A DNA stretch of 64,000 nucleotides from Phycisphaerae bacterium (GTDB lineage: Bacteria; Planctomycetota; Phycisphaerae; Phycisphaerales; UBA1924): the NCBI GenBank assembly GCA_002706885.1, contig PAKY01000024.1, forward strand, positions 1,774 through 65,773, written 5' to 3'. The notes beneath the pieces were generated by a model that was not told where the DNA came from, searched no databases, and saw only the letters and a list, made by a program, of their open reading frames with translations. Shown one piece after another: positions 7,173-16,201 of this stretch. Numbering within the stretch: position 1 is the stretch's first letter; every line of letters starts with the position of its first letter. The position numbers and the translations under genes are program-made.

Positions 7173-9893
7173 TTATCGATCAGGCGTCGCCTCAAGCCCG
7201 GCGTCAGCCAACTCCGCGAGCTCGCGCAGGGCATCGAATGCCTGCATGGGGCTTAGCGTGTCGAGCTTGAGCTCTTTGAGCCGATCGACCGCCGGATGGG
7301 GAATGAACTCCGTAAACAGGCCGAGCTGAGGCTCGGACTTTTTCTTTCGCTTAGGCACCGCGGCCGTGTTCATCCGCTCGGCCGTCTGCACGCTCAGCGT
7401 CGCCATGATCTGCTCGGCCCGATCGGCGACCCCGGACGGCACGCCCGCGAGCCTCGCGACATGGACGCCGTATGAGCCCGCCGCGCTGCCGGGGCGGATC
7501 TGGTGGAGGAACACGATCTCGCCGTTCCATTCCTTCACGGCAACGTGCAGGTTGTGCACCGCCTCGGGCGATCGCTCCGCGAGATCTGTCAGTTCGTGGT
7601 AGTGCGTGGCGAAGAGCGTGCGCGGACCGCGGTCCCCGTTGCCGGCGAGCGCCTCTGCGATCGCCCACGCGAGCGACAACCCGTCGAGCGTGCTCGTGCC
7701 GCGCCCAATCTCGTCGAGCACGACGAGACTCCGGTCGGACGCGCCGTTGAGGATCGCGGCTGTCTCGGTCATCTCCACCATGAACGTCGACTGCCCGCGG
7801 TAGAGCGCGTCGTCAGCCCCGACGCGTGTGAAGATCCGGTCGCACGTGCCGATCGTCGCCGCTTCGGCCGGAATGTAGCTGCCGATCGACGCGAGCAGCG
7901 TGAGCAACGCGGTCTGGCGGATGTAGGTGCTCTTACCCGCCATGTTCGGACCGGTGATCAGCGCGAGTCGCGGTGACCCGTGGGCGCCGAGGCGCGTGTC
8001 GTTCGGGATGAACCGCTCTGTACCATGCTCATCGACAACGGGGTGTCGCCCCTGCTTGATGTCCAGCGCCGCGTCATCGGTGATCTCCGGCCTGACCCAC
8101 GCCCGCGCGAACGCCTTGTCCGCTAGGCCAAGCAATGCGTCGAGCTCCGCGATGGCGTCGGCGAGCGAACCGAGCGAGACGACACGTTCCGCGATCGCCT
8201 CGATCAGCTCGCGGTACAGCTCGTGCTCACGCGCCACCGCTCGGCTCTCGGCGGTCGTGATCTTGTCCTCGAACTCCTTCAGCTCGGGCGTGATGTACCG
8301 CTCGGCGTTCTTCAGCGTCTGCTTGCGGCTGAACACGTCCGGCGCCCGCTTCGCCTGCGCCGCGGGCAGCTCGATGTAATACCCGAAGACCTTGTTGAAC
8401 CCGACCTTCAGGCTCGGGAGGTCGTGCCGTTCGATGAGCTCCGCCTGGTAGCGGCTCAGCCACTCCCCCGCGTTGGTCTGAAGGCCCCTCGCCTCGTCGA
8501 GTTCCGCGTCGATCCCGTCGCGAAACAACCCGCCCGAGCGGAGGTGGGGGGGCGGCGCCTCGACGCAGGTCGAATCGATCCGATCCGCCAGCGGCGCCAG
8601 GTCGTCGCCGAGAGATTCGAGCCGATCATGTTGCGCCGCCAGCCCGCCGGTTCCAGCCGTGACCGCGGTCAACTCGGCGAGCTTCGTCAGCGTCCGACCA
8701 AGCCCAACGACGTCGCGCGGCGTTGGGCGACCGAGCGCGACGCGCGCCGCGATCCGCTCAATGTCCACCGTCCCCTCGAGCACATCGCCGATCTCGCCAG
8801 CGAGGCGTCGATCCTCAACGAGCGTCGCGACGACCCGCTGGCGGGCCAGAATCGCGTCGGCGGAGCGCAACGGTCTGCAGAGCCATCCTCGGATCAATCG
8901 CTTGCCCATGGGCGTTCGCATCAGGCGTCGCGGGCCGGTCGCCGCGTCGAGAAAGATCCCTCGGAGCGACCCCCGCAGTCCGTTCCCGCCCGGCTCGACG
9001 CGGAGCGTCGTGTCGACCTCCAGGGCCCGAAGGCTCACCGTGTCCAGCACACACACGTTCGACGCGTCCTCCCGGCGCGGTGGGCGGAGGTGCGCGAGCG
9101 TCGCGCGGAGACGCTGGAACTCGCTCCCGCTCGTCGCCCCGCTCTGCTGCTTGTCGATCGCCTGCGTCTCGCGGAGGTACCGCACGATCGCCGCCGCGCA
9201 TCCGATCGCGGGGTCGTCATCGGCGACACCGAACCCCCCGAGCGTCGCGACGGCGTAGTGACGCTTCAACTCCTCGAGCGCGTCGGTGTCGCGGAAGTGC
9301 CACGCCGGCCGCGCGGTCGTCGCGAGGTTGAGCTGCGCGACCGCGGGCGGGGCGTCGCCATCCCCATCGTCATCGGCGTAGAGGATCTCACGGACGCCCG
9401 AGCGAAGGAGTTCGTCGCCGACCGTATCCGCCCGCCCCGACCAGAGCGAGAAGGCGCCCGTGGAGAGGTCGGCGATGGCCGCGTGGGCGCCCCCGGCGTC
9501 GAACGCGACCGACGCCACGGCGCAGATCGCGTCGTCGTCGAGCAGCGACTCGTCGACGAGCGTCCCAGGACTGACGACCTGCGTGATCGCCCGATCGACG
9601 ACGCCCTTCGCGTCCTTCGGATCCTGGATCTGGTCGACGACCGCGATCCGGAACCCCGCGTCGACCGCCTTCTGGAGGTACCGATCCCGCTGGTGATGGG
9701 GCACCCCCGCGACCGCGATCCCGTTCCCACGGCTCGTGATCGCGAGCCCGAGAGCCGGAGCGACGGTCTCGGCGTCCTCGCCGAACAGCTCGTAGAAGTC
9801 CCCCATCCGAAAGAACAGCACGCACCCCGGCTGCTGGGCCTTGAAGGCCTTGAACTGCCGCATCGCGGGCGTGTCCCATGGGTCGGAGGGCAT
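7173..9893 (-). CDS. mutS: DNA mismatch repair protein MutS
   Basis: Start ATG 9893 (MPSDPWDTPAMRQFKAFKAQQPGCVLFFRMGDFYELF). Walker A ITGPNMAGKSTYIRQ. Also STFMVEMTE, LDEIGRGTST, FATHYHEL. Confidence 0.97.
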   Translation of the reverse strand: MPSDPWDTPAMRQFKAFKAQQPGCVLFFRMGDFYELFGEDAETVAPALGLAITSRGNGIAVAGVPHHQRDRYLQKAVDAGFRIAVVDQIQDPKDAKGVVDRAITQVVSPGTLVDESLLDDDAICAVASVAFDAGGAHAAIADLSTGAFSLWSGRADTVGDELLRSGVREILYADDDGDGDAPPAVAQLNLATTARPAWHFRDTDALEELKRHYAVATLGGFGVADDDPAIGCAAAIVRYLRETQAIDKQQSGATSGSEFQRLRATLAHLRPPRREDASNVCVLDTVSLRALEVDTTLRVEPGGNGLRGSLRGIFLDAATGPRRLMRTPMGKRLIRGWLCRPLRSADAILARQRVVATLVEDRRLAGEIGDVLEGTVDIERIAARVALGRPTPRDVVGLGRTLTKLAELTAVTAGTGGLAAQHDRLESLGDDLAPLADRIDSTCVEAPPPHLRSGGLFRDGIDAELDEARGLQTNAGEWLSRYQAELIERHDLPSLKVGFNKVFGYYIELPAAQAKRAPDVFSRKQTLKNAERYITPELKEFEDKITTAESRAVAREHELYRELIEAIAERVVSLGSLADAIAELDALLGLADKAFARAWVRPEITDDAALDIKQGRHPVVDEHGTERFIPNDTRLGAHGSPRLALITGPNMAGKSTYIRQTALLTLLASIGSYIPAEAATIGTCDRIFTRVGADDALYRGQSTFMVEMTETAAILNGASDRSLVVLDEIGRGTSTLDGLSLAWAIAEALAGNGDRGPRTLFATHYHELTDLAERSPEAVHNLHVAVKEWNGEIVFLHQIRPGSAAGSYGVHVARLAGVPSGVADRAEQIMATLSVQTAERMNTAAVPKRKKKSEPQLGLFTEFIPHPAVDRLKELKLDTLSPMQAFDALRELAELADAGLEATPDR

Positions 9894-9915
9894 GGGGGGA
9901 GGATAGAGGGCTAAG

Positions 9916-10021
9916 AAGCGAGGGAGCGACAGAGCGACGTGGCGACGGAGGGGGCCGAAAGGTCGACGTTGTGCGATTTCTAGGCCCTTCGTCGCTTCGT
10001 CGCTCTGTCGCTCCGTCGCTT
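9916..10021. repeat. about 106-nt imperfect inverted repeat (long stem-loop) built from 8-nt periodic units, in the mutS leader
   Basis: The arm AAGCGAGGGAGCGACAGAGCGACG (9916-9939) pairs with CGTCGCTCTGTCGCTCCGTCGCTT (9998-10021) at 23 of 24 positions. Inner pairs GCGACG/CGTCGC and GGGCC/GGCCC extend the stem. The right arm reads as TCGTCGCT TCGTCGCT CTGTCGCT CCGTCGCT. Confidence 0.75.
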
Positions 10022-10033
10022 CCCAAAAACCCA

Positions 10034-10059
10034 CACCCCGGCGTACGTTCGCCGGGGTG
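10034..10059 (-). terminator. rho-independent-type terminator of the flagellin-like gene
   Basis: CACCCCGGCG-tacgtt-CGCCGGGGTG. On the minus strand it is followed by GGGTTTTTGGG. It lies about 75 nt downstream of the stop at 10133. Confidence 0.6.
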
Positions 10060-10132
10060 GGGCGCGAAGGAAGGGATGCCTGACTCGGCCGCCGAGCCTC
10101 TCGGCCCGACGCCGGTCGCCTGTCGGCGGTGC

Positions 10133-10990
10133 TCAGCCCGAGAGCAGCTGGAGCGCCCGCCCTTGGTTCGTCTGCCCCGCGAGCGTGGCGAACGCGGCGG
10201 CGCGGTAGAGCGTCTCGCCGCGGTTTCGCTCGGCGGTGGCCTTCGCGAAGTCCGTGTCGCCGATCAGCGACCGCGCGGAGGCGGTCTGCACGATCTGCTC
10301 CTGCTTGCTGCGGAGCGTCGAGTGGATCGCGTTCCGCTGGAAAGCGCCGAGGCTTCCGCGCAGCGTCGCGACCTGTTCGCTCGCGTTCGACGCGACGGTC
10401 GCAGCGTCTCCCGGGCGGTCCCCGTCGACGGCCAACGCCCGGCCCGTCGCCAGGCTCGAGAAGCCGTGGTCGCCGTCCGCGAACGTCGTGTCGCCGAGCC
10501 TTGAGAGCGTCACGCGATCGATCGTCAGCGAGGCGTCGGCCGCGGTCGAGCCCGTGCGCGCGGTAACCTCGCCCGAGAACAGGCGCCGCCCGTTGAACGA
10601 GGTGGTCTGCGCCACGCGGTCGATCGATTGGGCGATCGAGTCGAGCTCGATCTGGTTCGCCGCCCGTTCCGCGTCGGACAACGCGCCCGTGTTCGCCGAC
10701 GCGATCGCGAGCGCGTGCGCCTCGGCTGTCAGACCCGAGACCTCGGCGAGCGCAGCGTCGGCGGTCGAGACGACAGCGTCGGCCCGTTCGAGCGAACGCG
10801 TCTCGGCCTCGAGCACAGCGAGCTGCTTATCGAGATTGACGACCGATATCAGATCCGCCGGCCCGTCGGCGCCGCGGTTGATCCTCTGCCCCGTCGCCAG
10901 CCGCTCGCTTGCGCGGAACGTCAAGGCCTGGGCTCGGTACAGGGCGTTGGTCGCCTGTTCCGTCGCGGCGTTGAATCGTGGCGTGACCAA
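10133..10990 (-). CDS. flagellin-family protein (FliC/FlgL-like)
   Basis: N-terminal block RLATGQRINRGADGPADL and SANTGALSDAERAANQIELDSIAQSIDRVAQTTSFNGRRLFSG. C-terminal block LRGSLGAFQRN..ARSLIGDTDFAKATAERNRGETLYRAAAFATLAGQTNQGRALQLL. Start taken as TTG 10990, 7 nt after GAGGGAG. The listed ORF extends to GTG 11047. Confidence 0.8.
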   Translation of the reverse strand: MVTPRFNAATEQATNALYRAQALTFRASERLATGQRINRGADGPADLISVVNLDKQLAVLEAETRSLERADAVVSTADAALAEVSGLTAEAHALAIASANTGALSDAERAANQIELDSIAQSIDRVAQTTSFNGRRLFSGEVTARTGSTAADASLTIDRVTLSRLGDTTFADGDHGFSSLATGRALAVDGDRPGDAATVASNASEQVATLRGSLGAFQRNAIHSTLRSKQEQIVQTASARSLIGDTDFAKATAERNRGETLYRAAAFATLAGQTNQGRALQLLSG

Positions 10991-11147
10991 GCGAGAGCTC
11001 CCTCGATCGGGTCGTCCGCGAAGCGGGCCAGTCCCGGCGCCGGACACCAGGTGAGGAGATGCGATTCGTCGCCTCCGCCCGCCAGCCGCCCGAGCCGACG
11101 AATCGGGTCTCGACCCCGCACGACCCGCACGACCCTCACTACCCTCT

Positions 11148-12260
11148 GTGACGATGGATACGGACGGAACCGAGAACGTGGGCGGCGCAGACGCGTCGGG
11201 GACGCCTTTGGATACGCCCGAAGCGGTGCAGGCCGCCGCGGAGCGGTTCCGTCAGGACTTTGCGGCGCTCCGCGAACAGATCGGACGGGCGGTCGTCGGC
11301 CAGCGGCAGATTGTCGACAGCGTCCTGATCTGCCTCTTCGCGGGCGGCCACGCTTTGCTCGAGGGTGTCCCCGGTATCGGGAAGACGCTGCTGATCCGCT
11401 CCCTTGCACAAGCCCTCCGCCTCGAGTTCGGGCGGATCCAGTTCACGCCCGATCTGATGCCTGCGGACATCGTGGGCACGACCGTGGTCGTCGAGGTCGA
11501 GGGCGAGCACGGGCGGACTAGCCGTGAGTTCCGCTTCCAGCCGGGGCCGGTGTTTCACCAGATGGTCCTCGCCGACGAAATCAACCGCGCGACGCCGAAG
11601 ACGCAGTCCGCGTTGCTCGAGGCCATGCAGGAACGGGCTGTCACAGCCCAGGGCGAGACCAGGCGCCTGCCCGATCCGTTCTTCGTGATGGCGACCCAGA
11701 ACCCGCTCGAGCAGGAGGGGACCTATCCCCTCCCCGAAGCCCAGCTCGACCGCTTCCTCTTCAAGCTGCTCGTCGGCTATGCCACACGGGAGGACATGCA
11801 CGAGATCCTCGCGCGCACGACATCGGGAACCGAAAGCCAGGTGAGCGCCGTGATCGACGGCGCCCGCATCATCGAACACCAGCGGCTCGTGCGACGCGTG
11901 GTCTCGGCGCCCCACGTGACCGACTACGCGGTCCGGCTGGTCCTCGCGACCCACCCGAAGGGGCGCGACAGCGACGGGCGGTTCTCGACGCCGATGGTCA
12001 ACCAATACGTCCGCGTCGGCGCCAGCCCCCGCGCAGCGCAGGCGCTCACGCTGGGTGGCAAGGTGCTCGCGTTGCTCGACGGTCGTGCGGCTCTGAGCAT
12101 TGACGACGTGAAGAAAGTGGCCCTCCCCGCGCTGCGACACAGGCTGATCATGAACTTCGAGGCTGAGGCGGAGGGCGTCTCAGCGGACGACGTGATCCGG
12201 AACATTGCCGAGACGTTGCCGCGGGAGGTGGGCTCGACCGCGACCGCGTCGAACGGATAA
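11148..12260 (+). CDS. MoxR-family AAA+ ATPase
   Basis: VVGQRQIVDSVLICLFAGGHALLEGVPGIGKTLLIRSLA, Walker B VLADEINRATPKTQSALLEAMQE, FFVMATQNPLEQEGTYPLPEAQLDRF. Confidence 0.93.
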   Translation: MTMDTDGTENVGGADASGTPLDTPEAVQAAAERFRQDFAALREQIGRAVVGQRQIVDSVLICLFAGGHALLEGVPGIGKTLLIRSLAQALRLEFGRIQFTPDLMPADIVGTTVVVEVEGEHGRTSREFRFQPGPVFHQMVLADEINRATPKTQSALLEAMQERAVTAQGETRRLPDPFFVMATQNPLEQEGTYPLPEAQLDRFLFKLLVGYATREDMHEILARTTSGTESQVSAVIDGARIIEHQRLVRRVVSAPHVTDYAVRLVLATHPKGRDSDGRFSTPMVNQYVRVGASPRAAQALTLGGKVLALLDGRAALSIDDVKKVALPALRHRLIMNFEAEAEGVSADDVIRNIAETLPREVGSTATASNG

Positions 12261-12377
12261 CCGCCGATTCGGAACCAAAGCGAACCGCGCGGCGGTCCGC
12301 AACGGACCGGAGTGACCCACCCCCACGGGCTCCGACAAAGGGCCTGAAGCCGATACACGCGCCAGACGAGGACGAGC

Positions 12378-14204
12378 GTGCCAACCGAGGTGAATCTGCA
12401 TCATCCATCGACGCTGTGGCGGGCGGCCTTGGCGCTATGCGCGACCGCCGCCGCCGCGACGGCCGACGTCCGCCCACGCGTTGATCGCGTGGACGTCGTC
12501 GAGGGCGAACCCGTCTTCATCGATGTCACGGTTGATGAGAAGACCGAGGCCGATGAGTCGGTCGAGGTCACGCTCCAGAATCGATCAGGAGATCAGCGTC
12601 GGATCGAGGGGCGACTGTTTCGATTCGAGCCAGAGAGAACACCCACGATCGGCCCTGAATCGTGGCTGAGGCCGATGGGCGTGGGCCGCCTGGTGGCGCC
12701 CGGACGGGGCGAGCGGAACGCCGCCGGCGTCGGCGCAGACTGGATACTCGTCCTCGACGACGTCGACGCTGAGGTGGCTCGGATCGAGGTAGACGGGCGA
12801 CGAGTGCAGACGAGGACCGTCGAATCCGCGGCCATCGCGGCAGAAGCCGCAGGCATCGATCTCAACGCGAGGGTCGAGCGAGCGGAGGACGGCCCATGGG
12901 TTAGCCCCCTTCCCTCCGCCTGGCGACGAGACGAGTCATTCCTTGAGCTTTTGCGACCCGCCGCCAAGTCGCCGACCACCTCGTGGCGCGTAGTGCTCGC
13001 GCTCGGCGGTCTCGCCCCGACGCCCGGCGATGGTCCTGCCCTCCGCCCGGTGCGGATCGATGCATTGGACGCCGACGCCGCGCCGACCGATGACGCGACC
13101 CGCTTCACCCGTGATCTCGGCGAGCTTTCGATCGCGCGATGGCAGGCCGCGCTCCTCCGGCTGTGGCGCGTCGATGTCACGCTGTCGGTTCGCGTCCGCT
13201 CGTCGCTCGCGGGAGCCGTGCAACTGCCTGAGGCCGACAGCTCCGACGCGACCCGTGTCGTTCCGCTCTGGCCCGCGGACGACGAGGACGCCGACCGTCT
13301 CCTTCAGGTGCTGCTCGACCCATCGCTGAGCGATCGCGACGTCCGGGAGATCGTCACGGCATGGCTCGACGTCATCCCGTCCGCCGCGGGGTGGGTGATC
13401 GATGACGCCGCCCGATCGGGCCCCGCGGTCGGCGTGACCCAGCGTGTGCCCGAGGCGGCGCTCGCGACCGCCGCAAGCGGCGCGACGCTCTCGGAGGCCG
13501 TCGCGCCCGTCGAGGGACGGTCTTCTCGCGTGCTACGCCCGGAGATCCGACGCGCATCAACGCGTGCTTCGCTCGAGCCGGTCTCGGTAAGCGTCGGACC
13601 GTGGGGCGGTTCGCGTGGATATGTCAGTGGCGCCGCTCCCGCGAGACCGCCCGGTCTCCGCCTCGGATTGCCCGAGCGAGATGACGACATGCGTTCGTGG
13701 TGGCGACGCGCCTCCAGCCCCGACCGCGCAGCCACCACTCCCACGACAAACCTTGCCGCGCGCATTGAACGCCGATCGATGCCCGACGGGCGCGGCAATC
13801 GACGCGGCGCCGAGGTCTGGGCGCTGACGATCGAGTGTCCTCGGGACGCCACCGTCCGCGCTGAGGACGACGGCGTTGAGATATGGCTCGGCCCCCGCGG
13901 CGCGAGTTCGCTCGCGTTCCGTGTGTCGTCGAACGGCGCCATCGAAGCGCTTGATGGGTTTGACGCGCGCGGCAGGCTGGCGGCCTACACCCCCGCGGCA
14001 CGGTCCGCCGGGTCGTGGCTGGTGGTCGTCGAACTCCCGGCGTGGGCCCTCGATGAGCCGGATCGCACACGGATCGGCCTCACGCGGACGACGGGCGGTC
14101 AGCGATACGCCTGGCCCCGTCCGATGCTCCCGTGGCAGGACGAGCCCGGTCGGGCCTGGATCGATCTCTCGCAGTGGGGCTCACTCGACGACAGCGGTCG
14201 GTAG
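12378..14204 (+). CDS. hypothetical secreted protein (608 aa)
   Basis: GTG start, signal peptide LWRAALALCATAAAATADV, good GC3. No motif I can name. The C-terminal about 130 aa (VWALTIECP..VEIWLGP..LAFRVSSNG..SWLVVVELPAWAL..RIGLTRTTGGQRYAWP) is faintly reminiscent of CBM9/DOMON-like beta-sandwiches. Confidence 0.7.
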   Translation: MPTEVNLHHPSTLWRAALALCATAAAATADVRPRVDRVDVVEGEPVFIDVTVDEKTEADESVEVTLQNRSGDQRRIEGRLFRFEPERTPTIGPESWLRPMGVGRLVAPGRGERNAAGVGADWILVLDDVDAEVARIEVDGRRVQTRTVESAAIAAEAAGIDLNARVERAEDGPWVSPLPSAWRRDESFLELLRPAAKSPTTSWRVVLALGGLAPTPGDGPALRPVRIDALDADAAPTDDATRFTRDLGELSIARWQAALLRLWRVDVTLSVRVRSSLAGAVQLPEADSSDATRVVPLWPADDEDADRLLQVLLDPSLSDRDVREIVTAWLDVIPSAAGWVIDDAARSGPAVGVTQRVPEAALATAASGATLSEAVAPVEGRSSRVLRPEIRRASTRASLEPVSVSVGPWGGSRGYVSGAAPARPPGLRLGLPERDDDMRSWWRRASSPDRAATTPTTNLAARIERRSMPDGRGNRRGAEVWALTIECPRDATVRAEDDGVEIWLGPRGASSLAFRVSSNGAIEALDGFDARGRLAAYTPAARSAGSWLVVVELPAWALDEPDRTRIGLTRTTGGQRYAWPRPMLPWQDEPGRAWIDLSQWGSLDDSGR

Positions 14205-14212
14205 CAGGGCGA

Positions 14213-16201
14213 TCACACGCGCATCAGCAGGCCATAGAGCAGCCAGTCAACGCTGAGCACCGCGATCGAGGCGAGCACGAACCACGACCAGAGCTCCCGG
14301 CGCGACGCTTCCATGCCGCTGACTTCCCCGTTCTCCGTCAGCGCCAGACTTCCGAAGATCGGTGTCTCGGCGATCCGAAGCGACGTCTCGCCCGAATCTG
14401 TGAGGTTGATCGGAACCGCGATGCGATCGTCGCCCGCTCGAAGTGTGTAGACGCCCACGCCGCTCGGAGCGTCAAACCGCGCCGTTCGCTCGCCGGCCAC
14501 CACCGAGATATCGCGGCCTCCGCTCGGGCCGTCGAGCGAGGTCGACGCTGACGTCCACGGCCGCCGGGCGTCAACGCTCACGACTCCGCCCGTGGTCCAT
14601 GCCACGCCCTCGGTCGGCCCGCGGCTCGAGGCGGTCAGCGTCTCAACGGCGCGAGCGAGGAAGATCGGGAAACCAACGTCGAGGGTCCAGTTGGTCGATC
14701 GGAGCGGGAAGCCCACGATGACACGAGGTGTCGCCCCGCCGGACGCGATGACCAGCGGACCCCGGGTCCCGCGCGCGACCACGCGCGGCGATCGAAGCCC
14801 CGTGATCGCTTCGGCCTCCGGAAGCGGGACCGAAGCCGCGACCAGCGCCTCTCCGAGCGAGACATCGCGAAGGAGCGGGTCGCGGCTGTTCCACGACAAG
14901 ACGGGCTCCGCGCCGCCGAAGACGACAACGTCGGACGGAGACGCCTCGTTAGTCCCCCGCAATCCGGGAAGCGTGGCGCCGAACGAGATCGAGGGGGCCG
15001 TCGGCATCGATGATGGCGTAACACCGTCGAAGATGACCAGGTCGTACGCACCGCTCGTCACCGCTCGCTCCGGTCCCTCGATCGCGACACGACCGAGGCG
15101 CAGGGCGTCGAGCACGTCGATGAGAAACGGATTCGGCGACACCACGCCATCCGCGTCCCGTTCGGCGATGACCAGAACGCTGGGGCGAATCGCCGAACCG
15201 ATGGAGATCGACGCCGAGTTGTCCGCGAGAAGAGCATCCTCGCGGCCAAGCGTCAGCGTGATGACGCCGCCGACCGTGTTCTCGAGCGAACCCGTCCACA
15301 CCGCCTCACCCGATCCGCTGTCGTCCGAAGCTGGGATCCGGACGCTGTGCACGCCGATCTCCCGACCGTCGACGCTCACCGTGAGGCGGGTCGCCGTTTC
15401 TCGGGTCGCGTTGCTTTCGACCCGCGCAAAGAGGCGAACGATCTCGGGCTGTTTGTAGTCGCGGGTCGCGGCGATCGCCGTGACGCCGACGTTCGTTCCC
15501 GCGATTCCACCGGGCGAGGGGATCACGCGGTGGATGACCCGCGCCCGAGGTGGCCTGGGCAGTGATTCACTGGCGTCGGCGCCGTCGGAGAAATAGCTGA
15601 GCGACGCCGACGGGGCGTCCGCGCCTTCGTCGCCGCCGTTCGCGAGCAGATCGCGGATCAACGCAAATGTTTCACTCGGATCACCGGGCTCGTCGGTCGG
15701 CTCGATCGACGCCACCGCCCGCTCCGCGTCTCGGCGTAACCCGACCGCTCGCGCCACGACCGTCGGCGCCGAAGCGGACGCGATGACCGTGTACCTCGGC
15801 GGATCGGACCGCGTCGCCGCCCTCCCGATCAACTCGATCGCCTCTTCTTTCGCCTGCTCGAGCCGCGAACGCCCGTTCTCACCGTCGGTGGCGGACATCG
15901 ACGCCGAAGTGTCGATCACGATGACCAGTTCGTCCCCCGGCGGCGCATCGATCGTGATCGCCGGCCGTCCGATCGCCGCCGCGATGAGCAGCACCGCAAG
16001 CAGATGCAGGAGCAGAAGCCACGAGGGGCGGATGATCCTGAACGGAACGTTGACCTGAAGGTCGCGGGTCGTCTGGTCCCAGAACATCACCGAGCTGACG
16101 CGCACCGGTCGTCGGCGGAGCTTCAGGAAGTAGAGCAGGGTGACCAGACCGGCCCCGCCGATCGCGGCGAACAGGCCCGCAATCGGCGCGAGGAAGGTCA
16201 T
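14213..16201 (-). CDS. BatA-like membrane protein: N-terminal double-TM domain + von Willebrand factor A domain
   Basis: N-terminus MTFLAPIAGLFAAIGGAGLVTLLYFLKLRRRPVRVSSVMFW.. (aerotolerance BatA_N-type). VWA MIDAS LVIVIDTSASMSATDG. C-terminal TM LWSWFVLASIAVLSVDWLLYGLL. Start overlaps the rlmE stop (ATGA). Confidence 0.85.
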   Translation of the reverse strand: MTFLAPIAGLFAAIGGAGLVTLLYFLKLRRRPVRVSSVMFWDQTTRDLQVNVPFRIIRPSWLLLLHLLAVLLIAAAIGRPAITIDAPPGDELVIVIDTSASMSATDGENGRSRLEQAKEEAIELIGRAATRSDPPRYTVIASASAPTVVARAVGLRRDAERAVASIEPTDEPGDPSETFALIRDLLANGGDEGADAPSASLSYFSDGADASESLPRPPRARVIHRVIPSPGGIAGTNVGVTAIAATRDYKQPEIVRLFARVESNATRETATRLTVSVDGREIGVHSVRIPASDDSGSGEAVWTGSLENTVGGVITLTLGREDALLADNSASISIGSAIRPSVLVIAERDADGVVSPNPFLIDVLDALRLGRVAIEGPERAVTSGAYDLVIFDGVTPSSMPTAPSISFGATLPGLRGTNEASPSDVVVFGGAEPVLSWNSRDPLLRDVSLGEALVAASVPLPEAEAITGLRSPRVVARGTRGPLVIASGGATPRVIVGFPLRSTNWTLDVGFPIFLARAVETLTASSRGPTEGVAWTTGGVVSVDARRPWTSASTSLDGPSGGRDISVVAGERTARFDAPSGVGVYTLRAGDDRIAVPINLTDSGETSLRIAETPIFGSLALTENGEVSGMEASRRELWSWFVLASIAVLSVDWLLYGLLMRV

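Noticed and set aside
8223-9914. 563-aa plus-strand ORF, and similarly 20783..22534, 22754..23728, 3063..4472, 34856..36475, 10236..11054, 11139..12140, 43243..44250, 44532..45515, 46145..47299, 54758..55675 and 58731..59231
   Set aside because: All are antisense or out of frame to genes with strong family motifs (mutS, gyrA, the hydrolase-like gene, ald, the flagellin-like gene, moxR, the OB/HD gene, the dockerin-tailed genes, GT2, PP2C). They show the Arg/Gly/Asp/Val-rich composition of shadow ORFs.
12293-12309. Small hairpin CGGTCCG-caa-CGGACCG after the MoxR gene
   Set aside because: The stem is only 7 bp with no U-tract, and the next gene follows on the same strand. It is more likely incidental than a terminator.
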